Counted from the first letter of the stretch, positions 7,105 to 15,014 are shown. The stretch is DNA of 33,919 nucleotides from a bacterium (GCA_043811795.1 JBDRMV010000116.1:1-33919), one strand, 5' to 3'. Numbers and translations: made by a program. Notes: a model not told the origin generated them from the letters alone.

Positions 7105-9312
7105 GTGAAGAGGGAAGAGGGAGGAGGGAAGAACAAGAAATTAAATCGGGAAAAGTTTGAAATTTGTTGTTTCCGCTTTATTCTTTATTCTTTACTCTTT
7201 GCTCTTTACTCTTTACTCTTTACGGTTTCCGCTGACTTTGAAGACCTCGGATGGGGTGTCGCTTCCGCCGGCCTTTCCAACTCCGTGATGTTTTCAAAAA
7301 AGATTCCTGCCCTGATTTCCATAAATCCCGCCGCATCTTCCTTTACTAAAATGCCGGCGGTGTGTGTTGAATACGAGAATCTTTATCCTAATCTTTCCGA
7401 CGGCAGTAAACTTACGAGAAACATTATCACTTATTCGCAGCAGCTTGAGTCCGCGGGTTTCGGCGCCGGCCTTGAAAATTTCACTCTTGACGGCCTTTAC
7501 ACGGAAAGGATTATTCTTGTGAATTATTCACAAAGGTTAAAAAACGAATTATTCTGGGGCTTGAATTTCCGCCACCTCCAGAAAAAATACGGCAGAGATG
7601 ATTATACGGATAATGCGATTGGTCCAGGTGGTGTGGTCTATCAGCCCGCCAAACCGGACCCGCTCTTCAACAACAACGGTTTCAAGAAGAACGGCTACAC
7701 GTTTGACGTCGGTGTTTCGAAACTCGTCAGGGATTTCTGGCACCTCTCGGGCGCCGTTTCCTATCTGACAAGTCCTGATGTTTCTCTCGGCGGCGGGGAC
7801 AAAAGAAAACCTACTTTTACAATGGGCGCTTCTTTTGAGGACCGCCTTGTAACGGTCGGGAGCATATTTAGTTTTCACGACGGAGATTACAACTCCGGCA
7901 TTGGCTTTGAAAGGTCTTTGCCGGACAGGCCTTTTAAGGTAAGGGGAGGTCTTTCAATCGGGAACAGCCAGGTCCGGCTTTTGTCCGTCGGTTTCGGATA
8001 TGTGCATTCCGGCAGGTTTTTGGTGGATTATGCCTGGACGTATCCCCTTGTGGGTTTGAAAGAAACGGGCGGCCGGCACAGGGTTTCGCTTTCCATGTAT
8101 TTAAGGAAGGAAGAAGCGGAGAAGGAGGATAAAGTCGCCGCGCTTTCGGATTTGGAGCAGTATCTTGAGAAAGCCAGAGAGGCGTTTGCAAAAGAGGACT
8201 GGCTGACCGCGCTGTCCTACGGGAAAAAAGTTCTGGAACTTGAGCCCAAAAATGAGGAGGCGAACGAAATACTCTCAAAGTCCGTCGCTAATCTTCGCGA
8301 ACTTTCCAAACCGTTTATTACGGAGGGGTTTTATTTTATAGAAAAAGGCAAATTTAATATTGCCGAGGAAAAGTTCGACACTGCTCTTGAAATCAATCCC
8401 GAAGGCGACGACATAAAACAAATCTGCCTGAAAATTAAGAAAATAACAAGGATAATTCCGCAGGCGGCGGAGAAGGATAAAATTTCCCGTCTTTTAAGAA
8501 CGTCAGTGAATGCTTATATCAATGATGACGTTATGCTTGCTTTGAATTCCGCATTGTATGTTTCTCAGATTGATTTCACCGGCATTGGTTCGAAGTTCCG
8601 GGACCTCATGAAGAGCGAGTATCCTTCCCAGTACCAGCAGATTGCGATTGTCGCAGGGATGAATCTTGTCGAGCAGAAACTTTATGCTTCTTTGAAAAAC
8701 ATATATAATGCAAGATATGACCTGGCGATAATGGACTGCGATGATGTCCTTAAACTTGAGCCCGAAAATGTTCTGGCTATGACCCGGCTGGGTTCCGCTT
8801 ATTACGCTCTCGGTAACAAGGCAAAGGCGGTCAGCGTCTGGCAAAAGGCGCTTGAATACGAGCCGGATAACAAAGACATTCTGGATTTTCTCGGGATGTC
8901 GGGCGGGGCGATAAAGGATGTCTATGAAAAGAAAAAGGAATCGGAGTCCGCGGCGGAAAAGACGGTGAAGGACTCCTACCTGCGCGGCATCGCGGCTATG
9001 AAGAGAGGAGAAATTGAAAAAGCGAAAACGCTTTTTGAAAAAGCGGTTTCGATAAATGTCACTGACGGAGCATCGCTGGATTATCAGAAGAAGTCCTCTG
9101 CCAAACTCAGCGAGTGCGAGAAACAATTGGAAAAGAAGAGCGGGCAGGACATGAATATGATGAAAGTTTACTTCGGCAGCGGAATGTCGTATTATAAAAA
9201 CGGCGAATACGGAAAAGCGGTGGACGAGTTTGAGAAAGTTCTGAAAATCAAACCGGACCATCCGCAGTCAAAGAAAATGATTGACTTATGCCGCCAAAAA
9301 ATGAAAAAATAG
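7105..9312 (+). CDS. Second PorP/SprF-like beta-barrel fused to a long TPR array
   Basis: Signal ending TVSA; DFEDLGWG...INPAA; shares GRDDYTDNAI with the first barrel; last strand RHRVSLSMYL followed by ~400 aa of TPR-like helices. GTG 7105 chosen to avoid overlap with the CTD gene. Confidence 0.75.
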   Translation: MKREEGGGKNKKLNREKFEICCFRFILYSLLFALYSLLFTVSADFEDLGWGVASAGLSNSVMFSKKIPALISINPAASSFTKMPAVCVEYENLYPNLSDGSKLTRNIITYSQQLESAGFGAGLENFTLDGLYTERIILVNYSQRLKNELFWGLNFRHLQKKYGRDDYTDNAIGPGGVVYQPAKPDPLFNNNGFKKNGYTFDVGVSKLVRDFWHLSGAVSYLTSPDVSLGGGDKRKPTFTMGASFEDRLVTVGSIFSFHDGDYNSGIGFERSLPDRPFKVRGGLSIGNSQVRLLSVGFGYVHSGRFLVDYAWTYPLVGLKETGGRHRVSLSMYLRKEEAEKEDKVAALSDLEQYLEKAREAFAKEDWLTALSYGKKVLELEPKNEEANEILSKSVANLRELSKPFITEGFYFIEKGKFNIAEEKFDTALEINPEGDDIKQICLKIKKITRIIPQAAEKDKISRLLRTSVNAYINDDVMLALNSALYVSQIDFTGIGSKFRDLMKSEYPSQYQQIAIVAGMNLVEQKLYASLKNIYNARYDLAIMDCDDVLKLEPENVLAMTRLGSAYYALGNKAKAVSVWQKALEYEPDNKDILDFLGMSGGAIKDVYEKKKESESAAEKTVKDSYLRGIAAMKRGEIEKAKTLFEKAVSINVTDGASLDYQKKSSAKLSECEKQLEKKSGQDMNMMKVYFGSGMSYYKNGEYGKAVDEFEKVLKIKPDHPQSKKMIDLCRQKMKK
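7175..7223 (+). repeat. Seven TCTTTAC-like heptamers encoding the signal peptide h-region
   Basis: gctttat-tctttat-tctttac-tctttgc-tctttac-tctttac-tctttac; purine counterpart at ~7105-7132. Confidence 0.9.
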
Positions 9313-9341
9313 ACCGGAAGTGAATATGAAAATGAAATAAT

Positions 9342-9571
9342 ATGAAACGTTCATGCCGGCAAGCCGTCACAAATTATGAAATGTAAATATATATGTTGTA
9401 GCATGCGAGCTTGCTCGCAAGATGAAAGCAAGCTTTCATGCTACAATGCGGAAATGAAAGCAAGCTTTCATGCTACAATGCGGAAATGAAAGCAAGCTTT
9501 CATGCTACATTGATGAGCAGTAATAGGGGTATTTACAGATGAAACGTTCATGCCGGCAAGCCGTCACAAAT
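9342..9571 (+). repeat. 33-bp exact direct repeats (9342-9374, 9539-9571) bracketing a REP cluster
   Basis: atgaaacgttcatgccggcaagccgtcacaaat occurs twice. Confidence 0.9.
9398..9509. repeat. GTAG-family REP doublet (REPIN-like) with tandem amplification of one arm
   Basis: GTAGCATGCGAGCTTGCTCGC (9398-9418), then three inverted copies in 32-bp units atgaaagcaagctttcatgctacaatgcggaa (9422, 9454, partial 9486). Confidence 0.8.
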
Positions 9572-9585
9572 GGGAATGAAAATCT

Positions 9586-9628
9586 AATCCCCCATTCCCC
9601 CTTTACAAAAGGGGGACAGAGGGGGATT
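9586..9628. repeat. Nested C5/G5 palindrome
   Basis: aatccccc-attccccctttacaaaagggggacaga-gggggatt. Confidence 0.7.
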
Positions 9629-9646
9629 TTTGGAATCTATTTACGG

Positions 9647-11032
9647 ATGAAAAAAAGCAGGAACAAAATCCACTTTTTGCGTTTTTATCTTTTTACCTTT
9701 TTGTTTTTTTGCGGTTTTACTTTTTCTTTCGCGTCGGTTCCGGATACCTCGGTCATTGAAAAGCAGGTTTCTTCTGTTCTTCAGAATGTTTTCAACATCA
9801 GGCAGTTTTCCGTTTCCGTAAGAATTGATGATTATGTAGAGATTATCAACATGGGCAAGGATAAGATGAATATTCTGCCGGGGGTCCCGATTGAGGAAAA
9901 GCTGATGGGCGCTCCGTCAAAACAGCTGGTCCAAAAATACAGGTTTTTGATAACGGTCGTTCTTCCGAGGAACGTTACGCTTGAAATGGAGCAGAGGGTC
10001 GAGCGTCTTTTGAAGGTCTGTTTGAGTTTAAAAGAAACCGATTCCCTGAAGATATTGAGAGAAGAATTTGTCAGCGCTCCGCCGGCCCCCCCCGCGGCAG
10101 AGGCGGAAGCGGTTTCTCCTCTTGCCGGTTTCGGGTTCAATGTTTTGAAATATTTTTCAAATCCCTCTAATATTCTGCTGGTAGCGGTTGTTTTAATAAT
10201 GTTTATTTTTCTTTTCGGGCCTCTGCGGTCTTTTATGAGATATGCGGCGACTTATTTTGCGAATGTTTCGCAAAAGGCGTCTCCTGAAACTCTGGAACTC
10301 GGCACCGGCGCTGTAAGGGGAAATCCCCTTGGGCCCGTCAATCTTCTCACTTCGCCCGAAGCGAAAGAGGCGAGCGGCGAAACAGCGGACGTCCCTTTTT
10401 CTTTTGTAAATGAAAAAAATATCTCAAACCTTGCTTTTCTCCTGCGTGACGAGGACTCGGAAAAAATCGCAAACATCGTAGGTTTCTTCAAGGAGCCGCT
10501 TATAGAAAATTTCGTCAGTTGTTTTCCCGAAGAAAAACAGTCGGATATAATGAGTTTCCTGGTGTATAAGAAGGAATTATCTTCGGATGGCATCAGGGGG
10601 CTGGAGCAGGAGATAAAGGAAAGGATTGATTACGTTTCGGGAGGGAAAGAGCGGCTGCTGAGGATGCTTGAGAATTCTTCCCGGCAGGTCCAGGAGCAGT
10701 TCCTGCAGCACATTGCCGACGAGGATCCCGTTCTCGCTACGGAACTGAGGAATTCAATCTTCCATTTTGAAGATCTTGCAAGGCAGGAAACATCCGTCGT
10801 TCAGACAGTCCTGAGGTTTGTTAATACGCGCGCGCTTGCGCAGGCGCTGCAGTTTTCCGACCCGGAAGTAAAGGATAGAATTTTCTCTATACTTTCGGAG
10901 GGCGCGCGGGATATTGTAACGGAGGAGCTTGAACTGTTGCCGGAGAATCAGACAGCTTCCCTGCGTGAGCAGAAGAATATCGTTGTCGTGGTAAGACGGC
11001 TGAAGGATGCCGGAACGATAGAACTCGGTTAA
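9647..11032 (+). CDS. FliF(RBM3)-like periplasmic domain + TM + FliG middle/C-terminal domain fusion
   Basis: Signal ending FSFA; IEKQVSSVLQNVF...FSVSVRID and RFLITVVL...EQRVERLLK...DSLKILREEF resemble FliF-C; TM NILLVAVVLIMFIFLF; PFSFV...LAFLLRDE (FliG-M); SGGKERL...IFHFEDL...VLRFV...LAQAL...RIFSILS...EQKNIVVVVRRLKDAGTIEL (FliG-C). The FliG part is high confidence, the FliF part moderate. Confidence 0.75.
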   Translation: MKKSRNKIHFLRFYLFTFLFFCGFTFSFASVPDTSVIEKQVSSVLQNVFNIRQFSVSVRIDDYVEIINMGKDKMNILPGVPIEEKLMGAPSKQLVQKYRFLITVVLPRNVTLEMEQRVERLLKVCLSLKETDSLKILREEFVSAPPAPPAAEAEAVSPLAGFGFNVLKYFSNPSNILLVAVVLIMFIFLFGPLRSFMRYAATYFANVSQKASPETLELGTGAVRGNPLGPVNLLTSPEAKEASGETADVPFSFVNEKNISNLAFLLRDEDSEKIANIVGFFKEPLIENFVSCFPEEKQSDIMSFLVYKKELSSDGIRGLEQEIKERIDYVSGGKERLLRMLENSSRQVQEQFLQHIADEDPVLATELRNSIFHFEDLARQETSVVQTVLRFVNTRALAQALQFSDPEVKDRIFSILSEGARDIVTEELELLPENQTASLREQKNIVVVVRRLKDAGTIELG

Positions 11033-11054
11033 AAATAGTGATTAGAAGAAATAT

Positions 11055-11219
11055 GGCGAGCGGTTTGTTGGCTCGGCATTGCCTTCCCACGCTTGAGGGT
11101 GGCTCGCTCCGCAGTCCTGCGGGGAGAAAGCAGAGACCCTCGGACTGACGGGCTTGTCAGGCAACGCCGTGCCTCCTGCGGAGATGTCGGTGAGCGTCCC
11201 CGCTGGCCAAACCGCGAGC
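11055..11219. other. GC-rich multi-stem structured intergenic element upstream of motA
   Basis: Outer stem gcggtttg/caaaccgc; cggcattgcct (11074-11084) pairs with aggcaacgccg (11159-11169); inner hairpin ctccgcag-tc-ctgcgggg. Confidence 0.5.
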
Positions 11220-11241
11220 AATTCGGTTGAGGTGAAATAAT

Positions 11242-11997
11242 ATGGATTTGATGACAATTTTGGGTCTTCTGGTGGGCGTGGCCGCGGTCTGGTTCGTTCT
11301 CGCTTCGGGCGGTATTATGGGCATGCTTTTTAATATTAACGCCGCGATTCTCGTCTTCGGAGGCGTTTTAGGAGCGACACTGATAACCTACCCCGGGCGC
11401 CTGATAAAAAGAATCCCGAAAGGCGTTTGGCTTATGTTTTTTCCGCTGCGAATTGATTTGCCGAGCGACATTATAAAGGTCTTTGAGACCTGTTCAAAAA
11501 AAATTCACAAAGAAGGGATAAGCACGGGTCTGCTTGAAATTATTCCGTCAAGGAACAAATTTTTTGTAAAGGCGATAAATTTCCTTGTGGACGGGTTTGA
11601 AGATGATTTTATAAGAGAAACAATGGAAAACGAAATTGATAATTTCAAAAAAAGACACAATCAGGCGGCGGATGTTTTTAAGTCGATGGGAGCTTACGCG
11701 CCGATTTTCGGCCTTCTCGGGACGCTTATCGGCGTTGTTCAGGTCTTGCAGAACCTGACCGACCCGGCGAGCATGGGCTCTTCAATGGCTATCGCCATCA
11801 CGACGACGTTTTACGGGATTTTTTCGACGAACTTTATTTTCCTGCCGATTGCAGGGAAACTTTCCGTTCAGACAAACAGGGAAACATTAATAAAAGAATT
11901 AGTCATAGAAGGAACCCTCGGCCTGAAGAAAGGCGAAATACCTTCTATTCTGAGACATCGGCTTCAGTCGTTCCTTGCCGATTATGAAAAAAAATAA
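11242..11997 (+). CDS. motA: Stator A subunit (MotA/PomA/MotP family)
   Basis: MDLMTILGL..., VFGGVLGATL, VDG, APIFGLLGTLIG, GSSMAIAITTTFYG, LPIAGKL, IEG; ~250 aa; gaggtg RBS. Confidence 0.92.
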   Translation: MDLMTILGLLVGVAAVWFVLASGGIMGMLFNINAAILVFGGVLGATLITYPGRLIKRIPKGVWLMFFPLRIDLPSDIIKVFETCSKKIHKEGISTGLLEIIPSRNKFFVKAINFLVDGFEDDFIRETMENEIDNFKKRHNQAADVFKSMGAYAPIFGLLGTLIGVVQVLQNLTDPASMGSSMAIAITTTFYGIFSTNFIFLPIAGKLSVQTNRETLIKELVIEGTLGLKKGEIPSILRHRLQSFLADYEKK

Positions 11998-12655
11998 ACC
12001 CGGCCCTGCGGGTCGCATCAAACAGCCGGAAAAACCGAAAGAAGGATCTCCTGTTTGGCTCACGATTTACTCCGACCTTATGACTAATCTGATGCTTTTT
12101 TTTCTTATGCTTTACGGGATTACCAGGATGAGCGTCGAAACAAAATCAACAATTCTTGAATCCCTCGCAATGCAGTTCAAGAATCCCGAGAAGCAGAAAG
12201 CCATTATGAAATCGTACGAAAAGACTGCCGCCGACATTGAAAAGTTTATGGTTAACGTCCGTGAAAATCCTGTCGTGGAAGAGGTGCTTGCGGAGCAGTC
12301 GGGGTACAAAATTCTTCTAAAAGCGCCCGTCCTTTTTCATTCGGCGCGTGCTCAAATCAGGGATGAATCAAAAATTCAGCTTTTAACGCTTGCGCAGTTT
12401 CTCGCCGCAATTCCGAATACGGTCGAGATTATCGGGCACACGGATGACATCCCCGTAACGGGAACGAAGTGGAAAAACAATTGGGAACTTTCTCTGGCAA
12501 GAGCCGAAAGCGTGAGGAATTTTCTCGTGTCTCAGGGGATAAAAAAGGAAAAATTCTGTATTGCGGGGTATGGTTCCAAGAGGCCTATTTGCCCGAACGA
12601 TAGCCAGGAAAACCGCCGCCGCAACAGGAGAATAGAAATAATTGTTTTGAAATAA
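11984..12655 (+). CDS. motB: Stator B subunit (MotB/PomB) with OmpA-like peptidoglycan-binding domain
   Basis: WLTIYSDLMTNLMLFF with the essential Asp (gac 12074-12076); GHTDD, NWELSLARA, NRRIEI; overlaps the motA stop. Confidence 0.92.
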   Translation: MKKNKPGPAGRIKQPEKPKEGSPVWLTIYSDLMTNLMLFFLMLYGITRMSVETKSTILESLAMQFKNPEKQKAIMKSYEKTAADIEKFMVNVRENPVVEEVLAEQSGYKILLKAPVLFHSARAQIRDESKIQLLTLAQFLAAIPNTVEIIGHTDDIPVTGTKWKNNWELSLARAESVRNFLVSQGIKKEKFCIAGYGSKRPICPNDSQENRRRNRRIEIIVLK

Positions 12656-12755
12656 TGGAACGCGCGCATCTGCGTAATTTAAATGAACCCTGATAGGAAT
12701 TGTATAAAAAATATTCGTATAATAGAAACCGCAATGATAAATAAAATAAAGGAAT

Positions 12756-12898
12756 AGGCGTATGCACATGAATCAAGTTGGTATATTAAACAGGGAAAAT
12801 CGGGTCACCTCTATTTTTTCTTACGATACAAAAGTAAAAAATAGAAGTGACCCATTTTCGCATTATAAGGCGATTACTGGAATCAAGTGCATACGCCT
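12756..12898. mobile_element. MITE-like element with terminal inverted repeats and target-site duplication
   Basis: TIR aggcgtatgcac/gtgcatacgcct; flanking direct repeat ataaaggaat at 12746-12755 and 12899-12908; internal IR gggtcacctctatttttt/aaaaaatagaagtgaccc. Confidence 0.8.
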
Positions 12899-12918
12899 AT
12901 AAAGGAATTTCCAACAGG

Positions 12919-14457
12919 GTGAACATAAAGAGGAGAATCATTTTAACGGCGGTTCTGCCGGTCGCCGGCGTTTTGATTGTTTCGCTTATAGCGGGAGATT
13001 TTTTCACGGGCTCTTTTGAAAAAAAATGGATAAACGCTCAACTTGAAAAAAGATACGAGAAAGTTGAAGTCATTTTCGACAGACATTTTTCAATTCTGCG
13101 GTCGCCGGAAAAGGAAATATTCACCGCTCTTGTAATGAAGATGCAGTCATGGGGGGAACTGAACAAATTTTTTATCCGTTTTTCGCCCCTTTATCCCCAA
13201 CTGGAGAAGATTTCAGTCTCCCGCGGAGATGACAATATCGCAGGGATTTCAAAACTTTCCGTAAATTCATTCGGGAATTTTCCGGTGAATGAAAAAACAA
13301 ATCTCAGCGATATCTTCCAGGTGGGCGGCATGTCTTATACGGCGTTTAAAATTGAAGGCGAAGACGGCTACGAAATTTCCGGAATTATAGGGCTTTCTTC
13401 TCTTTTTGAAAAAGCGGCAGGGTTTTCTTTCAGTCCCGGCGGTTCGGTAAAAATTTATTCCAGGGCTCCGAATTCCGAAGCGTCCGTCGGCGCTGCAAGG
13501 TCTTTCCCGCTGCTCAAAGGTCTGTGGTCCGTTGAATTCACGGATGATTTTACGGCCGTTTATAAGATGAGATCTAATTTCAGAAATATTTTTATATTGT
13601 TTGCCGCCGCGGTATTTTTTCTGATGTATATTATTTCGGTATCTTCCGCGCGCAGGATATCTTTCCGGCTGGCGGCCCTTCGCGGGGACGCTAATATATC
13701 CGAAAGCGAAGATGAAATATCCGTTATTTCAAAACAATTTAAGGAACTTCGCAAGACGCAGAACGAACTCCGCCGGCAGATAAGTTTGCAGGACGCCGTC
13801 GGCATCCTCGGCAAGAATGTTTCCATGATAGGCCATGAATTAAGAAATCCGCTGGCGGCGATAAAGAACGCGCAGTATTTTATTTCGTCGCAGTTGCCTG
13901 ATGAAATAAAAAAAGGTCTGGTGGGGAAACATCTGCAGATAATAAAAAACGAGATAAAATTAATTTCGTCAATGGTTGAGGATTTGCTGACCCTTTCAAG
14001 AGTTAAGCCGCCCGTGTACGCTGAATGCGACGTAAACGCGCTCATCAACGAGTCGGTCGATTTATTCGCGGCGGACACCCAGCTTATTGACTTTATTGTA
14101 AAACCCGGGAGAATTTCAAAAGTGCCGGCGGACGCTTCGGAGATAAAGCAGGTTTTCCTGAACATCATAAGAAATTCCTGCGAGGCGATTACGCCGCCCG
14201 GGGAAATAAAAATAGAAATTGGAGAACAGGAAAATTTTGTAAAAATCAAATTTACCGATACCGGCTGCGGGATACCGCCGGACAAGCAGGAAGAAATATG
14301 GAAACCCTTTTTCTCGACCAAGAGTTCCGGTATGGGCTTCGGGCTTTCAACCGTAAAAAGAATCGTGGAGGAAAGGCACAAGGGCAAGGCGGAGATTAAA
14401 AGCCTGCCCGGGAAGGGTACCGAAATAACGATTTATCTGCCGCAAAAGCAGGAATAA
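12919..14457 (+). CDS. Membrane sensor histidine kinase (HisKA-HATPase)
   Basis: Two TMs around a periplasmic domain; H-box GHELRNPL, N-box QVFLNIIRNS, DTGCGI, PFFSTK, GMGFGL. Start uncertain; GTG 12919 lies outside the MITE. Confidence 0.9.
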   Translation: MNIKRRIILTAVLPVAGVLIVSLIAGDFFTGSFEKKWINAQLEKRYEKVEVIFDRHFSILRSPEKEIFTALVMKMQSWGELNKFFIRFSPLYPQLEKISVSRGDDNIAGISKLSVNSFGNFPVNEKTNLSDIFQVGGMSYTAFKIEGEDGYEISGIIGLSSLFEKAAGFSFSPGGSVKIYSRAPNSEASVGAARSFPLLKGLWSVEFTDDFTAVYKMRSNFRNIFILFAAAVFFLMYIISVSSARRISFRLAALRGDANISESEDEISVISKQFKELRKTQNELRRQISLQDAVGILGKNVSMIGHELRNPLAAIKNAQYFISSQLPDEIKKGLVGKHLQIIKNEIKLISSMVEDLLTLSRVKPPVYAECDVNALINESVDLFAADTQLIDFIVKPGRISKVPADASEIKQVFLNIIRNSCEAITPPGEIKIEIGEQENFVKIKFTDTGCGIPPDKQEEIWKPFFSTKSSGMGFGLSTVKRIVEERHKGKAEIKSLPGKGTEITIYLPQKQE

Positions 14458-14638
14458 GTATGCACGTGCCAACCAACAATCTTTTCACCTTCTGGGGGGT
14501 GACAAGCGACGAGTGTCCGCCGGCGGCGGATGAGAGGAGCACAATCAGGGGGGGAAATCCCCCCTATTGAATCAAGCATCCGGGAATTACTTGTGTCCGT
14601 AAGGGTACAGGCGAGTGAGTAAGTATAACGGAGGGGCA

Positions 14639-15013
14639 ATGGATAAAAAAAAGATATTAATTGTTGACGACGATTTCAGTGTGCGGGAAACGCTCGGGGA
14701 TATTCTGCGTTCCTGCTCTTATGAGGTTTTTGAGGCGGCCACCGGCGCCGAGGCGGCTAAACAGGTTGAGCTGGAGGAATTCGATTGCGTAATTGTTGAT
14801 TTGCGCCTGCCGGATGCGACCGGACATGAAGTCATAGAGAAAATCTCCGGTAGAGTAGAAAAAAACAAAATTATTATCATCACGGGATACGCTTCGTCCG
14901 AAGTGCTTTCAAAAGCGCTGCTTGATGCGGAGTATTTTCTGCTTTTGAAACCCGTTACGCCGGAGCAATTATTGGCGGTTGTCCGGAAAATTGCAACCGG
15001 CGGAAAAAAATAA
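14639..15013 (+). CDS. Single-domain response regulator (CheY-like receiver)
   Basis: ILIVDDD, VDLRLPD, IITGY, LLKP; ggagg RBS; no output domain. Confidence 0.9.
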   Translation: MDKKKILIVDDDFSVRETLGDILRSCSYEVFEAATGAEAAKQVELEEFDCVIVDLRLPDATGHEVIEKISGRVEKNKIIIITGYASSEVLSKALLDAEYFLLLKPVTPEQLLAVVRKIATGGKK

Positions 15014-15014
15014 A

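Noticed and set aside
1539-9312. Complete canonical T9SS locus
   Set aside because: Only CTD cargo and barrel-like genes are recognisable; no PorK/L/M/N, SprA or PorU.
9422-9509. CRISPR array (32-bp palindromic repeats)
   Set aside because: The units are head-to-tail with no unique spacers, no cas genes are present, and they match an inverted GTAG REP.
6943-9646. ORF-track starts at 3446, 6407, 6943, 9539, 12847, 14979 and 32235
   Set aside because: The extensions run through repeat DNA or overlap upstream genes; downstream starts give proper signal peptides or family N-termini.
11055-11219. c-di-GMP riboswitch upstream of motA
   Set aside because: I could not find the class I GGCAAACC...GAAA...GACGCAAAGC pattern; left as an unclassified structure.
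11242-12655. Zorya ZorAB, ExbBD or TolQR
   Set aside because: The A subunit is ~250 aa with no long ZorA tail, the B subunit has a MotB TM motif plus an OmpA domain, and a FliG domain gene is adjacent.
8503-14387. Long minus-strand ORFs (8503..9261, 13560..14387; also 32853..33497, 23555..24064)
   Set aside because: These are antisense shadows of well-supported + strand genes and have no domain signatures.
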